A stretch of DNA of 64,000 nt. Origin: Octopus bimaculoides. Lineage: Eukaryota. The stretch is taken from positions 50,312,595-50,376,594 of the forward strand of contig NC_068988.1 in NCBI RefSeq assembly GCF_001194135.2, in the 5' to 3' direction. The notes beneath the pieces were generated by a model that searched no databases, was not told where the DNA came from, and saw only the letters and a program-made list of their open reading frames with translations. The position numbers and the translations under genes were made by a program. Below are positions 1 to 13,609 of this stretch, in pieces; position 1 is the stretch's first letter; each line of letters begins with the position of its first letter.

Positions 1-303
1 CGACATACGGCAGACTCTCTTTATTAAGCAATCTATCGTAGTGGCATCTCTAGACCTCTTTCTTTGCAGCCTCATTTAGTGCAAGCGTACCATCATCCAT
101 GCGAACACATTTCTCTCCTACAACATCACTATTCTCTCTCCTACACTGTCTTGCAACACGAAATACCTCGAGTCTTTGGTCCTCACGGCGCAGAACATAG
201 GCAAATCTTTTCTTATCTGCTTCCCCTCTGGCTAAATAAACCTGTCGCCTAGCTTCCCTTCTGGCAGATTGGTACAATTCCCTGCTACCACCGTTCTTCC
301 AAT
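1..303 (-). mobile_element. RTE-clade LINE ORF2 fragment (endonuclease-RT linker), decayed
   Basis: Reverse translation WKNGGSRELYQSARREARRQVYLARGEADKKRF...DVVGEKCVRMDDGTLALNEAAKKEV*RCHYDRLLN. The in-frame TAG sits where RTE elements have the conserved Trp. Confidence 0.8.
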
Positions 304-513
304 ATTACAAAATTGTCTGCTTTGAATTTTGATAGGGATGGGCCTCCAGTCATTGAAAATCTGCCTTAACAAATTCCATCTAACTTGTGAAAGCATGGGA
401 AAATGGACATTAAAACAATGATAATGAGAAAGGAGGTTATTTAATAAATCAAGATTATTATATTGGTATATAACTTAAGGACTGTACAACATCTCAAAGT
501 GTGTGTCTAGATT

Positions 514-862
514 GTGGATGTGTGGTAAGAAGCTTACTTCCCAACCACATGGTTCCAGGTTCAGTCCTACTGCATGTCACCTTGGGTAAATGTCTTCTAC
601 TAGAGCCTCAGACTGACCAAAGACTTGTGAGTGGATATGGTTAATTGAAACTGAAAGAAGCCCATTATGTCTGTCTTTGTGACTGTGTTTGTCCCCCTTC
701 ACTGCTTGACAACAGGTGTTGGTGTGTTTATATCCCTGTAACTTAGCAGTTTAGCAAAAAGAGACCTGATAGAATAAATCCTGGGGCTGATTCATTTGGC
801 TAAAAATTCTTCAAGGTGTGCTCCATAATGGTCACAGTCTAATGACTGAAACGGATAAAAGA
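514..862 (+). mobile_element. tRNA-derived SINE family A (diverged copy)
   Basis: A-box-like gtggatgtgtgg, B-box ggttcagtcc, central ccttggg..aagtgtcttcta block, tail atgactgaaac.gataaaaga. Confidence 0.8.
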
Positions 863-2449
863 TGTGCATGTGCTTTGGATCTGCAGCTATGCTGCCCTGT
901 AGAACACCTTCATATTAGCAATAAAGATCAATTTGAAATGGAAGAGTTTTTTCCCTGTTAATATTTGAAAGAAAGTTGTTATCCCAATTGCATGATTGCA
1001 CATGATTTACAGCTACATAAAACCTCATCCTGACTCTCTGGAGAGATGAAATCAATGATACTACATACACATGTTCAAGCAAATAATGTTGTAGGTAGAA
1101 ACTGACAGTCTACTTTGTGCAAAGGGTTTTAAGCAATATAGATTGCTCAGCCTGTACTGCATTGTGTAATGTAAGCATTTTAGTTGTATGAGTTGCATTC
1201 ACTATTGAAGCATACCTGATAGATGTGAACGGTTGAAGAAGCAGGGCGATGGGACACACATCAACATTGCAGACAGACTTGGATGCAGCAGTCAAAGGTT
1301 AACTTAGCAGTGAAATGGGAAAACAGTGGTATTGATCTAATGATTCATCTGGCAACTGTATGTGTTAGCTGTCTGAAGTTGTCTGATATAATGTGTTGGT
1401 ACAATGGCAACTTGCAATCTTAGAGGAACTAATTGATACCTACAATCAGTTGACTGACATCAGAAGACTCATTGTCAAAGTATAATAAATACTACATACA
1501 CTGGTGCCATCTTAACTCTGTATTTTGTCAGTGTTGAAGTGCAAGTATTCCAAGGTATATTGTTAATTGCGAAATTGTACTTAATGAAGAAACAACTAGA
1601 AATTAAGCTGCTGTCAGCTGAAATACATAAATATTAACCTCCTTTATAACTAAAAGATTATGATTAGACTCGGTCTGTTTAATAAATATGCTAAAAGAAC
1701 ATGATTTCTGCTAATTATAAGGAAAACTGGACTCGTATACAAGATTCAAAAAATCAGGTTTGTATGGGATTGCTCTCAGTTATAAATTTATCTTCCTGTA
1801 TGAATGAAAAGGTTTATAAAACTATTTCAGAGTCACATTCAAAATTTTTGCTGTGGTTGTTGTTTCTCCATTGATTACTGATTGTTTGTGTTGCTATTTT
1901 GTTAGCTTGCAGCTCTAAACTGAAGTCCTACAGTTGGATATGGAGATGGCAATGTGAAACCATTCCAGCTGAATCTCTACATCAATCGTATTCTTCAATC
2001 AGAACATGACAACAAAGTCTTTAACAAAACAATTGAAAATTACAAAAAAAAATATATAAGTTGTTCATAAAAATTATTTCAGTCTGGCAAGGTAGAAGTT
2101 AGTGTATTTATCATAAAAACTATTTATATCACTATCCAATAAACCAACTAGATTGTCTTTTGGTTGGAAGCTATCAAGACGTATTTATTTTTTAGGCTTC
2201 TAAGCAATTAATATCTCTGTAATCATTACAACTCAATCACTTTCTATCTATTTTCTCTGTAGTCTTTGCTAAACAGTAAAATGAAAAATTGGCTTAATAA
2301 TGCTTGTAAATGTACTTGTTCTCTCAACTATGTTGTTGATGTTTAGCAATGTGTCACTGTCTTCTCTGAGATAACAGGAAATTCTTTGTTCGACTTGGAT
2401 TATAACAATATATTGTTTCAGTGTATTGTAAGAAATCATTATTATTAGT

Positions 2450-4370
2450 CAGTCATCTTAATTTCATTTCATGCTTTCACTCCATTACTGAGCACAGTTA
2501 TGTATGCTTTGGGTATGTGCAGTATTTTGTTGTTATTGTTTCTATTGTACAGAAGATGCTCCACATAGTGTTTGCAGTTCTTAATGTATTTTCTGTGATA
2601 TGCATATTTGTAAATCCTAGGGTTCTGATTATATGTTTCTCTGCATTTTTTTCCCATTTTCCTTCACAAGGCACCTATTATTATAAGGATTGTTTTTGTT
2701 TTCAACCTTCACAGTCAGGTTATCTCTATTTCCACATCTTTATATTTGGATAGTTTCTCCATTTCTTTTAGAGTTAACATCATCATCTGTCGGGTGTAGT
2801 ATGTCAATTAGAAGCCTTCTTGGTGGTCCTTGACAGCAATTTCTGGTTAGTTAACCTTGATATTCCTGTTTGTGTGTGTAGTGGCATATACCAAAGTGTG
2901 GTGACTTTCTCATTCTCTGACTTTTTTTTTTCTGGTGTATGCTTCTACCAATTCTTTTCTGATGGTGTTCTCTAATGCTGGCATAATTTCCAGTACGCAT
3001 AAGCCTTGTAGATGTATTCTTTCTTAGGTAAGGTGGAGTAGCCATACACAACATGGTCAATTGTATTATCTCATCTCCATATATTTTACATTCCTTGAAT
3101 TCTGCTTTATTATATGCTTTTGCTAGTTTCTGGTCAAAAGCCTTCATCCTGTACCACAACCAAGAACCTTGCAGTCTTATGCTTCTTAGACAGCCTTACA
3201 ATTTTTCTTTGTCTCCTTCTACTCTGTTCAGCTTTTACAGTTATTGACATGGGACTCTTTTTGTTATTGCTTTATCATGGCCCCATTCTGTAGCCCCGTT
3301 TTCAGCTTGGTTTTGTTTTAGTCTTTTCACAATTTCTATTCTAGGTTCTTTTCTTTCATAACTAACTTTCATTTCAGACTCCATCTTGTATTTGTTAGCT
3401 TCCTTGAAAACAGAAAAGTTGTTTGCTCATGTTTTGTAGCTATCTATATTAATTTTCCATTATTCATTTCTATATATTTTTTCTTGTCCCACAGTGGATA
3501 TTTTATCATGGTTTTCCAACTGCATAAGGTCCATATCTTCGTGTATTCATAATATATATAATCTTTCTATATCAGATTTTGAGTGGCTTATACTGAATGT
3601 GATTATTATTTTTCTTGTTTTCTTTTCTAATCTTGTTAGTTCATTTAGCATCCAGTTGAGAATATTATTACTTGAACTTATTACTGGGACAGCTCAATAT
3701 TTATAACTTTTACCTTATTTTTTTCATTTAGCTCTGTCTTTAATATTCTTTTCTAATCTTTTCCTTCAAGTACGTTATACACTGTCTAATTGAATGACTC
3801 CTAAGTATGTGTATGTCCATGTTTGGTTTAATTCTCTTACCTCATGTTTCTTTATCTAACATCATATGTAGCATTCTTAATTAATTTTTGTCTCTTCAAG
3901 GTTGTCTTGGTGTGCTTTTCTTATCCTAAAATCTCTTTATCAATTTCTTCAGCAAATCCACACACTGTCTAATGTGGTCTTCATAGTTCTTTATAATCAG
4001 CAGCATGCAACTTGAGGCCATCCCTATACAAGATATAGTTGATTGTCTTAGCCATAGTGCATTAATCTACCTCCTGTTTTGTTTAGCATGTCAGGTAAAG
4101 GCATCAGTGCCAGACAGAAAAGGAGTGGAGAGAAATAATCCCCTTGGAATATTTTTCTAATAGAGGTGGTTTACTTTTTCTGAAAAATTGTTTACTGTCA
4201 TATTTACTCCAGACATGTTTTCCCATAGCGTCCTGCTTCTGGTAGTCAATTCATGCCATACTCAAACCCTTTTCTCCTGCAGTACTCTTTTATAGCTCTG
4301 TTAATCTTCACAACCATATGAGCCTTTGTAGCATCCCTTTTTGCTCTGAAAACAGGTTTATTCTTCTATA
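2450..4370 (-). mobile_element. R4/Dong-type (RLE-bearing) non-LTR retrotransposon, 3' half, decayed
   Basis: Reverse strand, with stops and frameshifts: IFQGDYFSPLLFCLALMP and INYILYRDGLKL (RT; YMDD degenerate), ECKIYG..TIDHVV (CCHC knuckle), YWKLCQH, ENEKVTTLW, LLID, KEMEKLSKYKDVEIEI...IIIGAL (restriction-like endonuclease). Confidence 0.85.
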
Positions 4371-4371
4371 T

Positions 4372-4803
4372 TCTTTTACTGGTTTCAGTCATTTGACTGT
4401 GGCCATGCTGGAGCACTGCCTTGAAGAGTTTTAGTCAAACAAATTGACCCCAGGACTTATTTTTTAAGCCTAGTACTTATTCAGTTAATCTCTTTTGATG
4501 AACTAGTCAGTTACAGGAACATAAACACACCAACACTGGTTGTCAAGCAGTGATGGCAGAGGAGGCAAACACAGACACAAAAGACACACACACACACACA
4601 CAAATATATTTATTCTTTGATGTTACATTTTTTAGGCTGTGGCCATGCTGGGGCACCACGATGGGCTCCTTTCAGTTTCCATCTACCAAATATACTCACA
4701 AGGCTTTAGTTGGCCCAAGGCTACAGTAGAAGACACTTTCCCAAGGTGTCACACAGTGGGACTGAACCTGGGACCATGTCTTTGGGAAGCAAACTTCTTA
4801 AAC
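4372..4803 (-). mobile_element. SINE family A (rearranged; 3' end partly duplicated)
   Basis: Reverse complement of the family A consensus. The gtggccatgctgg block occurs twice. Confidence 0.75.
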
Positions 4804-5253
4804 ATCAAGTTGACAGAATTGTTAGAGCATCAGGAAAAATCTTTGCAGCATTTCTCCCAGCTCTTAGCATTCTGACTTCAAATCCTGCTAAGAACTTTGC
4901 CTTTTATCCTTTTACAAGTGGTCATTAAAATAAAATACCAGTTAAGTTCTTGGATAGATATGATATATTATTCCTTCCCCCAAGATGTGTGGTTTTGCAA
5001 CTGTTAGAAATTGGTATAATTGTTAGAATGTCAAATAAAATAACTTGTATATTCATTCTGACACTTTACATTCTGAGTTTGAATTCTGCCAGGATCAACT
5101 TTACTCTTTCATCCTTTTGGGCTCAATAAAATAAAGTACCATTCTAGTATTAGATATAGTTAACGGTATTAACTAACCTCCTACCACCAAATTTCAGACT
5201 TATAACTATGCTAGAAATATAATAATGATAATGAAAATAATAATTATTATTAT

Positions 5254-5565
5254 TATCTCTGCCTTAGCGAAGGCGGAGGTATTGTTTACAGTCGTGTTTG
5301 TCTGTTTGTGGACAAGATATCTCAAGAACCACTGGAGAGATTCAGATTAAACTTTCAGGGATGTTTGGCCTTGTGACTGGCATGAACTGATTAGATTTTG
5401 GGGTCGATTTGGTACTGGACAAGGATTCTGGATTATTTTTCCTGTTTTTATTAATCTTTGAGAGCAGTCGGGTTCATATTTAGTATTCTCATTTGTGAGA
5501 GCAGTCGAGTTTATTTCAGATATTCTCATTTTAAAAATCATCTCTGGCTAATCATTGAGAGTGTC
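5254..5565 (+). mobile_element. Helentron-associated (HINE-like) non-autonomous element
   Basis: Starts with hairpin ctctgcctt-agcg-aaggcggag, then gtttgtctgtttgt..aagatatctcaagaaccactgga..gattc. This organisation resembles DINE/HINE-type elements (from recall, not searched). Confidence 0.45.
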
Positions 5566-5588
5566 ATCATCATCATCATCATTATTAT

Positions 5589-5818
5589 TAAGGTGATCAG
5601 CTGACAGAACCATCAGAACACCAGGCAGATTGTTTAGTGGCTCTTCATCCATCTTTTCAATCCGAGTTCAAATTCCACCAAGGTTAACTCTGCCTTTCAT
5701 TTTTCAGTTATTAAAGTAAGTACCAGTCAAGTACTGGGTTGATGTAATTGACTAGGATCCCACTTCCCATAAATTTCAGGCCTTGTGTCTATAATGGAAA
5801 GATTATTATTTATTATTA
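5589..5818 (+). mobile_element. Short SINE family D (about 230 bp, (ATT)n tail)
   Basis: Head aaggtg..agctgacagaa, B-box gagttcaaattcc, core gttgactttgcctttcatcc. This is the most abundant repeat in the window. Confidence 0.8.
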
Positions 5819-6453
5819 GGGTTTCAGGGAAATCTCAGACAGCAGGGTTCCTCAATTATCCTTTGAGGCTTTCCTGTATCAGGAGGGCTACATCTCTATC
5901 ATCCATCCCGCCATTTTCTTTTTTTTTTTCTATCTTTGTATGCTATGCATATGTCCCTTCTTCTTCAGTGTATACTGTGTATAATTACTTTTTTCTTTCT
6001 TTCTTTTTTATCATTTCATTAATATATGTAAACTCCCACACTTTATATCTGCCTCTGTGTTGTTTCCTCATCCTTTGCCCTTGTAGCAAATAAATGAAAT
6101 CATTATTATTATTATTATTATTGCTGGTGGTGGCAGTGGTCGGTTGAATGGCAGAATAAATGGAAACCCAGACAAAACCATGATATTTGAAGTGAAAATG
6201 TTATACATTTCCACTTCAAATATCATCCTTGCATTTTTCAAAAAACAAATCAATAAAATAGATAACAGTCATCTCCTGGGGTTAATTTAATCATTATGCT
6301 GTGATGTTATGTCTTAAGTTAGACATTCTGGTGTTAGAATAGAAATATTACTTTAATTGCCAACAGAAAGAACACCCAGCTGGAGAAGATCTGCCTCTAC
6401 AAATTTCATTAGACCCATCCAAACATGGAAAAGGTGACATAAAGTGATGATGG

Positions 6454-6485
<32 letters not shown>

Positions 6486-6486
6486 G

Positions 6487-6555
<69 letters not shown>

Positions 6556-7678
6556 TATGGGTACAGGACGTCACCAACAGGAAACAACATGAAATATGAA
6601 AACAAATGAGTTAAATACGCAAACAATAAGAGAAATGGAAAATAGGACAAGTAACACAAAAAAACAACCCTTTACAGTTGTCGGCTGTCTATCTACTTAT
6701 TTCAAGCATGATGGCTACTACTTCACTCCTGTCATTACCACATGCGATATATCACTACAATGACTACAAACACTAGGTACTTCTGCAACCAATGAAATTA
6801 AATGCCACTAGTAGGGTTGTTATTATTAATATTAACAATATACTGATGATAATAATATGATAATGATACTAATGATGTTGATGCTTCTACCAGGCTTTTC
6901 TTTGTTGTCGTCTTCTTTTCTTCTCTTCCTGGTCAGAGAAGACAGTCACTGAGTCACTGAGTTTTTGTTGTGTTAGCTTGTTGTTTTTTTTTTTTTATAT
7001 CTGGTGTTGAAGATGTTTGGGGAAACTGTTTGGTGGTAGTGGTGATGGTACAGTTGTGGAAATAGTGTGAAGAATAATAAAGTTAGGAAGTGTGTAGAGG
7101 GATGTAAAGTGTGAGTGGTGTGAGGAGGACAAAAAGAAAGATGGAGGGCATTGTGGTTATAAGAACAGACAGAGAATGTTGTAGTTGGGAAAGACAAGGA
7201 GGAGGCGGTGGTTAGTGTTGAAAAATTAGTCAATGGGGGATGGTTGGAATGATAGGAATAGATCTGGTGAGGTAACCCTGGATGATTCTAGTGGCAGTGG
7301 TAATGGTGGTGGTGGCAATATCTTCAGCTGAGTCAGTTGCTCAGGAAAGAAGGGGTTAGGAGGGGAGGTTGGATAGGGAGTTACAGAACGATTGTATAAA
7401 AGACGGAGTGAAGCTCCCAACATGCCAAATCCCTTTATTCCTAACCCTTATAATCTTCCATATATTCCACCCCCAAGCTTCTCAGTTATCTCCACAATAT
7501 AGTCCCACCACCACCACTGGTTATAACGAAGCAGTGTGGCACCCTGCAGGGAAAACATCTTTTATGGATGGTTGGTTAGTTGGATGGTTCGGTGGCGGGT
7601 TGCACTCTTGCACCCACCCTCTCTCCCCTGCTCCCTCCTTCTTTCAGTACTCCCTCCCCCCTTCCTCACTCTCGGCTT

Positions 7679-7735
7679 CACTCCCTCTGCCTCGCTCACT
7701 CCCTCTGCCTCGCTCACTCCCTCTGCCTCACTCAC
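7679..7735 (+). repeat. 18-nt tandem repeat (ctcgctcactccctctgc) x3 within a CT-rich tract (7600-7940)
   Basis: Direct reading. Confidence 0.85.
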
Positions 7736-8339
7736 TCTCGCTTTCTCTCCCTTTCACTCTTTCCTCTCTCTTCCTCACTCACACTCTCCTCTCTCACTCG
7801 TTTTCTCTCTCCCTCCTTTCTCCTTTCTTCTCTCTCTTCTCACTCACTCACTCTGTCTCCCTCCTCTCCTATTTCCCTGCCTCACCCACACCTCCCCTTC
7901 CCCCACCAACCCACACCCACCTCCACTACTGTTCTCCTCACCATTTAACTATATTACTACTGGTATTAAACATCCCCATTGCAACCAACAATACCACCAA
8001 CACAGCTATCACTGTTAAACATAAAACATGTTCATTGTTTTGGGCTCAAGTCTGTTTGCATATTATGTACGTATATATGTATGTATATATGCATGCATCA
8101 ACATATATATACATACATACATTATGTGTGTGTGTGTTTGTCAGTGCATGCATTTGTATCTGCAAAGTGAGAAGGAAGAAAAGTCAGGTTTAAACAGCAT
8201 GATGTCAACAACAACAATGATTATGTTTGTAAGGATATAGGATGGTATATATATATGTATGAAACGTGAATCTTTTTTCTACTCCCACCACCAAATTTAT
8301 CATCATCCTTGTTCTTTTAAATAATGAACCTCACTTTCC

Positions 8340-8347
8340 ACACACAG

Positions 8348-8389
<42 letters not shown>

Positions 8390-8869
8390 CTAATTTAGAG
8401 ACAAACCACCTATATATATATATATATATATATCCACACGAATGCATTTGCATACAAATACACACAATTTGTACACACACACGTATATATTTGCGAACAT
8501 GCATGTATATTTGCAAATACATACATGTGTTTATGCAGATACATATATCTGCATTACAAACTCACACATGTCCTTATACACATTTATGCACACATACATT
8601 CATACACTACAAAATAGCTGATATGTTTAGTTTTTTATGTAGCTAACCCCACCCACTACATCTGCTTGTAATCCACTCTTTACATGTACACGCCTTCTTT
8701 TCTCCTCTGTGTATTGTCTATTAAAACTGCAGCAAATCTGTGTGACAACTTCATGATGCAGTCTGCTACTGTCTTGTGTGTGTATATTTGTGTATGTGTT
8801 GGTGTATGCATGTATGTGTATATGTGCGTGTATATGCATATATATATATATATGTATAGTATGTGTATT

Positions 8870-8914
<45 letters not shown>

Positions 8915-9040
8915 TCATATATGTCTGTGTGTATGTATATATGTGCATGTGTGTGTATATATATATATATATTTATATTCATGTGTGTACATGTATGTAT
9001 TTGTATGTGCATATGAGTATGATTCCTTGTTATGTGTATG

Positions 9041-9075
<35 letters not shown>
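8340..9075. repeat. Mixed (TA)n/(CA)n/(TG)n microsatellite field
   Basis: Direct reading. It is the source of the YI/CV-rich spurious ORFs. Confidence 0.9.
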
Positions 9076-9083
<8 letters not shown>

Positions 9084-9489
9084 GTATGTCGGTGAAAGAT
9101 TGTATGTGAATTAATATTTAATTTCTGCTTATTAAATGAGATATCGAGTTGTAGGAGAGAGAGAGAGAGAGAAATGTTTAAAGTTTCTTTCATTCTGAAG
9201 AATGTGATAAGCAAAAAATATTTAAGTGTGTGAATGGAAATCTAATAAATTTTATATTATCTATTTCTTCATCATAAGAGAATTTCAGCTGGCACAAATT
9301 CATTAGGAGGAGAATCGACCAACCAAATAGATTTTTGGTTCATATTCCACAACTGGTACTACATTTTATCCCAAGACACTTAACTGTGGCAACTTTAGTT
9401 CTTCAGAAGTTTTCTTCATTTTCACACCCTCTCTTTCTCTCTCCTCCTCTCCCTCTCTCCATGTCTCTCCCTCTTTCCCGTGTCTCTCT

Positions 9490-10330
9490 CTGTCTCACTT
9501 GCTCTCTGTCTCACACTATCTCTCTCTGTCTCTCACTATCTCTCTCTGTCTCTCACACTATCTCTCTCTCTCTCACACTATCTCTCTCTGTCTCTCACAC
9601 TATCTCTCTCTGTCTCTCACACTATCTCTCTTTGTCTCTCACACTATCTCTCTCTGTCTCTCACACTATCTCTCTCTGTCTCTCACACTATCTCTCTGTC
9701 TCTCACACTATCTCTCTCTGTCTCTCACTCTTTATCTCCCTCTCTGTCTCTCACTCTTTATCTCCCTCTCTGTCTCTCACTCTTTATTTCTCTGTCTCTC
9801 ACTCTTTCTTTCTCTGTCTCTCACTCTTTATCTCTCTCTGTCTCTCACTCTTTATCTCTCTCTGTCTCTCACTCTTTATCTCACTCTTTATCTCTCTCTG
9901 TCTCTCACACTTTATCTCACTCTTTATCACTCTCTGTCTCTCACACTCTATCTCTCTGTCTCTCACACTCTATCTCTCTCTGTCTCTCACTCTATATCTC
10001 TCTCTGTCTCTCACTCTATATCTCTCTCTGTCTCTCACTCTATATCTCTCTCTGTCTCTCACTCTATATCTCTCTCTGTCTCTCACTCTATATCTCTCTC
10101 TGTCTCTCACTCTATATCTCTCTCTCTCTGTCTCTCACTCTATATCTCTCTCTCTCTGTCTCTCACTCTATATCTCTCTCTCTCTGTCTCTCACTCTATA
10201 TCTCTCTCTCTCTGTCTCTCACTCTATATCTCCCTCTCTGTCTCTCACTCTTTCTTTCTCTGTCTCTCACTCTCTATCTCTCTCTGTCTCTCACTATCTC
10301 ATACACTCTTCTTCCCTCTCTCTCTCTCTC
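9490..10330 (+). repeat. Pyrimidine-rich compound minisatellite (22-28 nt units, core tctctctctgtctctcac)
   Basis: Blocks of units ending -acta, -tcttta and -tctata. Confidence 0.95.
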
Positions 10331-10971
10331 TCAACATTATCACTTACCTAGAAACCAGAAACCAGATTACCATTCCTCAATGTGATCACTTCTCTCTCAA
10401 CCTGAAAGGCAAAATAAACATACAGACTAACAGACAAAACCTCAGAGAGAATAAGAAAATTCAGTTAATCTCTTTTTTTCTTCCATACTCGCATGGGTTG
10501 GATGGTTCGACAAAAACTGATGAGCCAGGGGACTGCACCATGCTTCAGTGTCTGCTTTGGCATGGTTTCTTCAGTTGGATGCTTTTCCTAACATTTACAT
10601 AAAATTATAAATTATCTACTGATAGTAATTTTAATATTCAGTGTTCCCTGAATAGGTTGAGACACTTGACAATTCTCAATTACAATTTCTTCACATAATT
10701 TTTTTTTACTTATGAGCTACAATTTAAGAGTCTTGAAGTAGAATTAATAGTATGTTGTTCATGTATAGCCCTAGGTCAGATTTCATTGAGCAAACCTATG
10801 GTTAAATGCTTTACAGCCCTAATCAACCTGTGTTTTTATAACTAAGGTTTCATTTTTCCATTTTCCAGTGTGTATCTTTTATCTTTCACTTATTTCAGTT
10901 ATTGAACCACTGCGATACGGGGGCACAGCCCTGAAAGGTTTAGTTGAATGAATTGACTCCAGTACTTACTC

Positions 10972-11250
10972 ACAATCACAAAGTAGTGAGTTTGATTCCT
11001 GGACTGGGCTGTGTGTTGTGTTCTTGAGCAAGACACTTCATTTCATGTTGCTCCATTTCGCTCATCTGTAGAAATGAGTTGTGATGTCACTGGTACCAGG
11101 CTGTATTGGCCTTTGTTTTTCCCTTTCCCTTGGATAACATCGTTGGCATGGAGTGGGGCAACTGCTGGTCTTCCATAAACAGCCTTGCTTGGACTTGTGC
11201 CTCAGAAAGTAACTTTCTAGGTGCAATCCCATGGTCATTCATGACCGAAA
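10972..11250 (+). mobile_element. tRNA-derived SINE family B (5'-truncated)
   Basis: Colinear with the copy at 52622-52985 (ttcttgagcaagacactt...ctaggtgcaatcccatggtcattcatgaccg). Confidence 0.8.
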
Positions 11251-13220
11251 GAAGGTTCGGTGTGCTATTTTTCTGTTGAACCCTTCTGCGAAGCCACTCA
11301 GCTGTGAGGATGTAAATAAATCAATACTGGTTGTCAAGCAGTGGTGAGAACAAACACAGACACACACGTGTACATACCACATGCACACATACACACACAC
11401 ATAAATATACAACATGCATCTTAGAGTTTCCATCTACCTAATTTATTCACAAGGCATTAGTCAGCCCAAGGTTATAGTAGAAGACACTTACCCAAATTAC
11501 CATACAGTGAGACTGAACTCTAAGCCATTTGGTTGCAAAGTCAGCTTCTTGTCATACCTGCACGTGTACTTGAAAAAAAACCAAACTGGTAAATGTGATT
11601 TGAGGGAGATTTCACTCCTCTTTTTAGCAGATTAAGAAACCATGTGTATTGAAGCTCCATTATTGGTTCAGGATTAAACAGAGTAAACAAAAAATCTTTG
11701 CAGTGTTTAGTTGTGTTTAAGTTCTGAGTTCAAATCCTACCAAGGTCAACATTGCTTTTCGCCAGTTGATTAGATTCACCTCAGTACACAACTGGTGCTT
11801 AATTTATCGACCCCAAAAGGATGAAAAGTAAAGTCGACCTCAGCAGAATTTGATCTCAGAACATAGTAACAGGCAAAATACTGCTAAGCATTTCATCCAA
11901 CATGCTAATGATTCTGCCAGCTTGCTGCCTTGATGACTGTAAATAATAATGCAAGCAATGTTGTTGGATTCCTGTCTTCCATGGTGAAATATTCCTTTGT
12001 GTGGAAACCAGTGAAGGTTGACATCAGAAGGGGCATCCGATCTAACTCATTGAGTCAATCTGACCCATTCAATCATAAGAAGGTGATATAGATGATGATG
12101 ATGATATTCTGAAACAAAAGTAGGGAGGTCTTTTAGTTGCAGAAACAAATTGCAAGTGCATAAGAACCTGTAGGTTGACTTCTGAACTGAAAAACAGAAA
12201 AATGAATCAAAAACATTATAAATTCATAGGTATGTAAATTATATCAAATAGTTGCTTTTGTCTTAAAACTCAAACCACCGACCCATTTTTTTTTTTTCTT
12301 TCCATATGGGTTTTTAAAGATTTCATGAGTAGATTGTTTCAAACTGGACTATAAGCACAAAATTCCTCACTGGAATTAACTCACTCTTGAGTTAAAAGCT
12401 GTTGTTGAGGGAGATTTTACTATTGTATTAAGCCAACCATATGATAACATAGAAGTTCATACACAGTTGTTCCTAACAACAAAGCACTCAAATTCTTTAT
12501 AAATAAAATAAAATAAAAAAAGTTTGCTAGACTTTAGTCATAAATTTACATACATACTACTGTCATGTGACACAGGGAAATTCTGTGTTTGTATATATAT
12601 ATATGTGTGTATGTGTGTGGAGAGAGAGAGAGAGAGAGATACAAATATAATTAAAAAGTCACTGTAAATTTGTTATTTTTCTTTTCAATTCAAAGCTTTT
12701 CGAGTTTGACATAGTTTGAAAAATGGTGTGCGTTTGTGTGTGTTAAGTGCTTTTCTACGACCCCAGATTTTTCTTTCAAACTGAAGCTATTTTGTTTCCA
12801 TCCCTAATGCTTTCAGATAAGCTCCGTGATAAACTTCACACACCCACTCACATACCAATCTCTGATGGCATGCCTCTGTAAAAAACAAAAATATTCTTTG
12901 TCTCTTATATAATGGTTTCACATTTTAGCACAGTGCTGGTAGTTTTTGAGGGGAGGGAGAAATTGATCTCGTCAACCCAAGTATTTGGCCCCCGAAAGGA
13001 TGATTTTGTCCATCCTTGTTCTGAATTCAAATTCTGCTAGGGTTGATTAAGCATTTCATCCAACGTACTAACCATTCTGCCAACTCTCTGCCTCTGTTTC
13101 TTACATATAAAGTATGAGGACTGTTGTACATTAAAAGTATGTTGTATATTAAAGGTCACTTTGAAAAGAAACCAGTCAGTCAGCAGTCTGGTTTTTATTC
13201 TGATTATAGCCATTTCACCT

Positions 13221-13609
13221 TTGTTGTTGTTGGCACTCCTTCGCTTACGACGTCAAGGGTTCCAGTTGATCCGATCAATGGAACAGCCTGCTCGTGAAAT
13301 TAACGTGCAAGTGGCTGAGCACTCCACAGACACGTGTACCCTTAACGTAGTTCTCAGGGATATTCAGCGTGACACAGTGTGATAAGGCTGACCCTTTGAA
13401 TTACAGTCACAACAGAAACAGGAAGTAAGAGTGAGAGAAAGTTGTGGTGAAAGAGTACAGCAGGGTTCGCCACCATCCCCTGCTGGAGCCTCGTGGAGCT
13501 TTAGGTGTTTTTGCTCAATAAACACTCACAACGCCCGGTCTGGGAATCGAAACCGTGATCCTATGACCGCGAGTCCGCTACCCTAACCACTAGGCCATTG
13601 TGCCTCCAC
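13221..13609 (-). mobile_element. tRNA-derived SINE family C, full length with target-site duplication
   Basis: Reverse head ggcacaatggcctagtggttagg...ggtttcgattccc and a (CAA)n tail. 13-bp TSD ag(c/t)catttcacct at 13208-13220 and 13610-13622, one mismatch. Confidence 0.88.

Noticed and set aside
7369-8193. 274-aa ORF and overlapping ORFs
   Set aside because: Low-complexity CT/CA tract with no domain and no splice-consistent link to the gene.
8266-9214. Many YI/CV/HT-rich ORFs
   Set aside because: Dinucleotide microsatellite translations.
9335-10602. Three long ORFs (301-367 aa)
   Set aside because: Translations of the CT minisatellite (SLSL/SHSI repeats), which lacks stops by composition.
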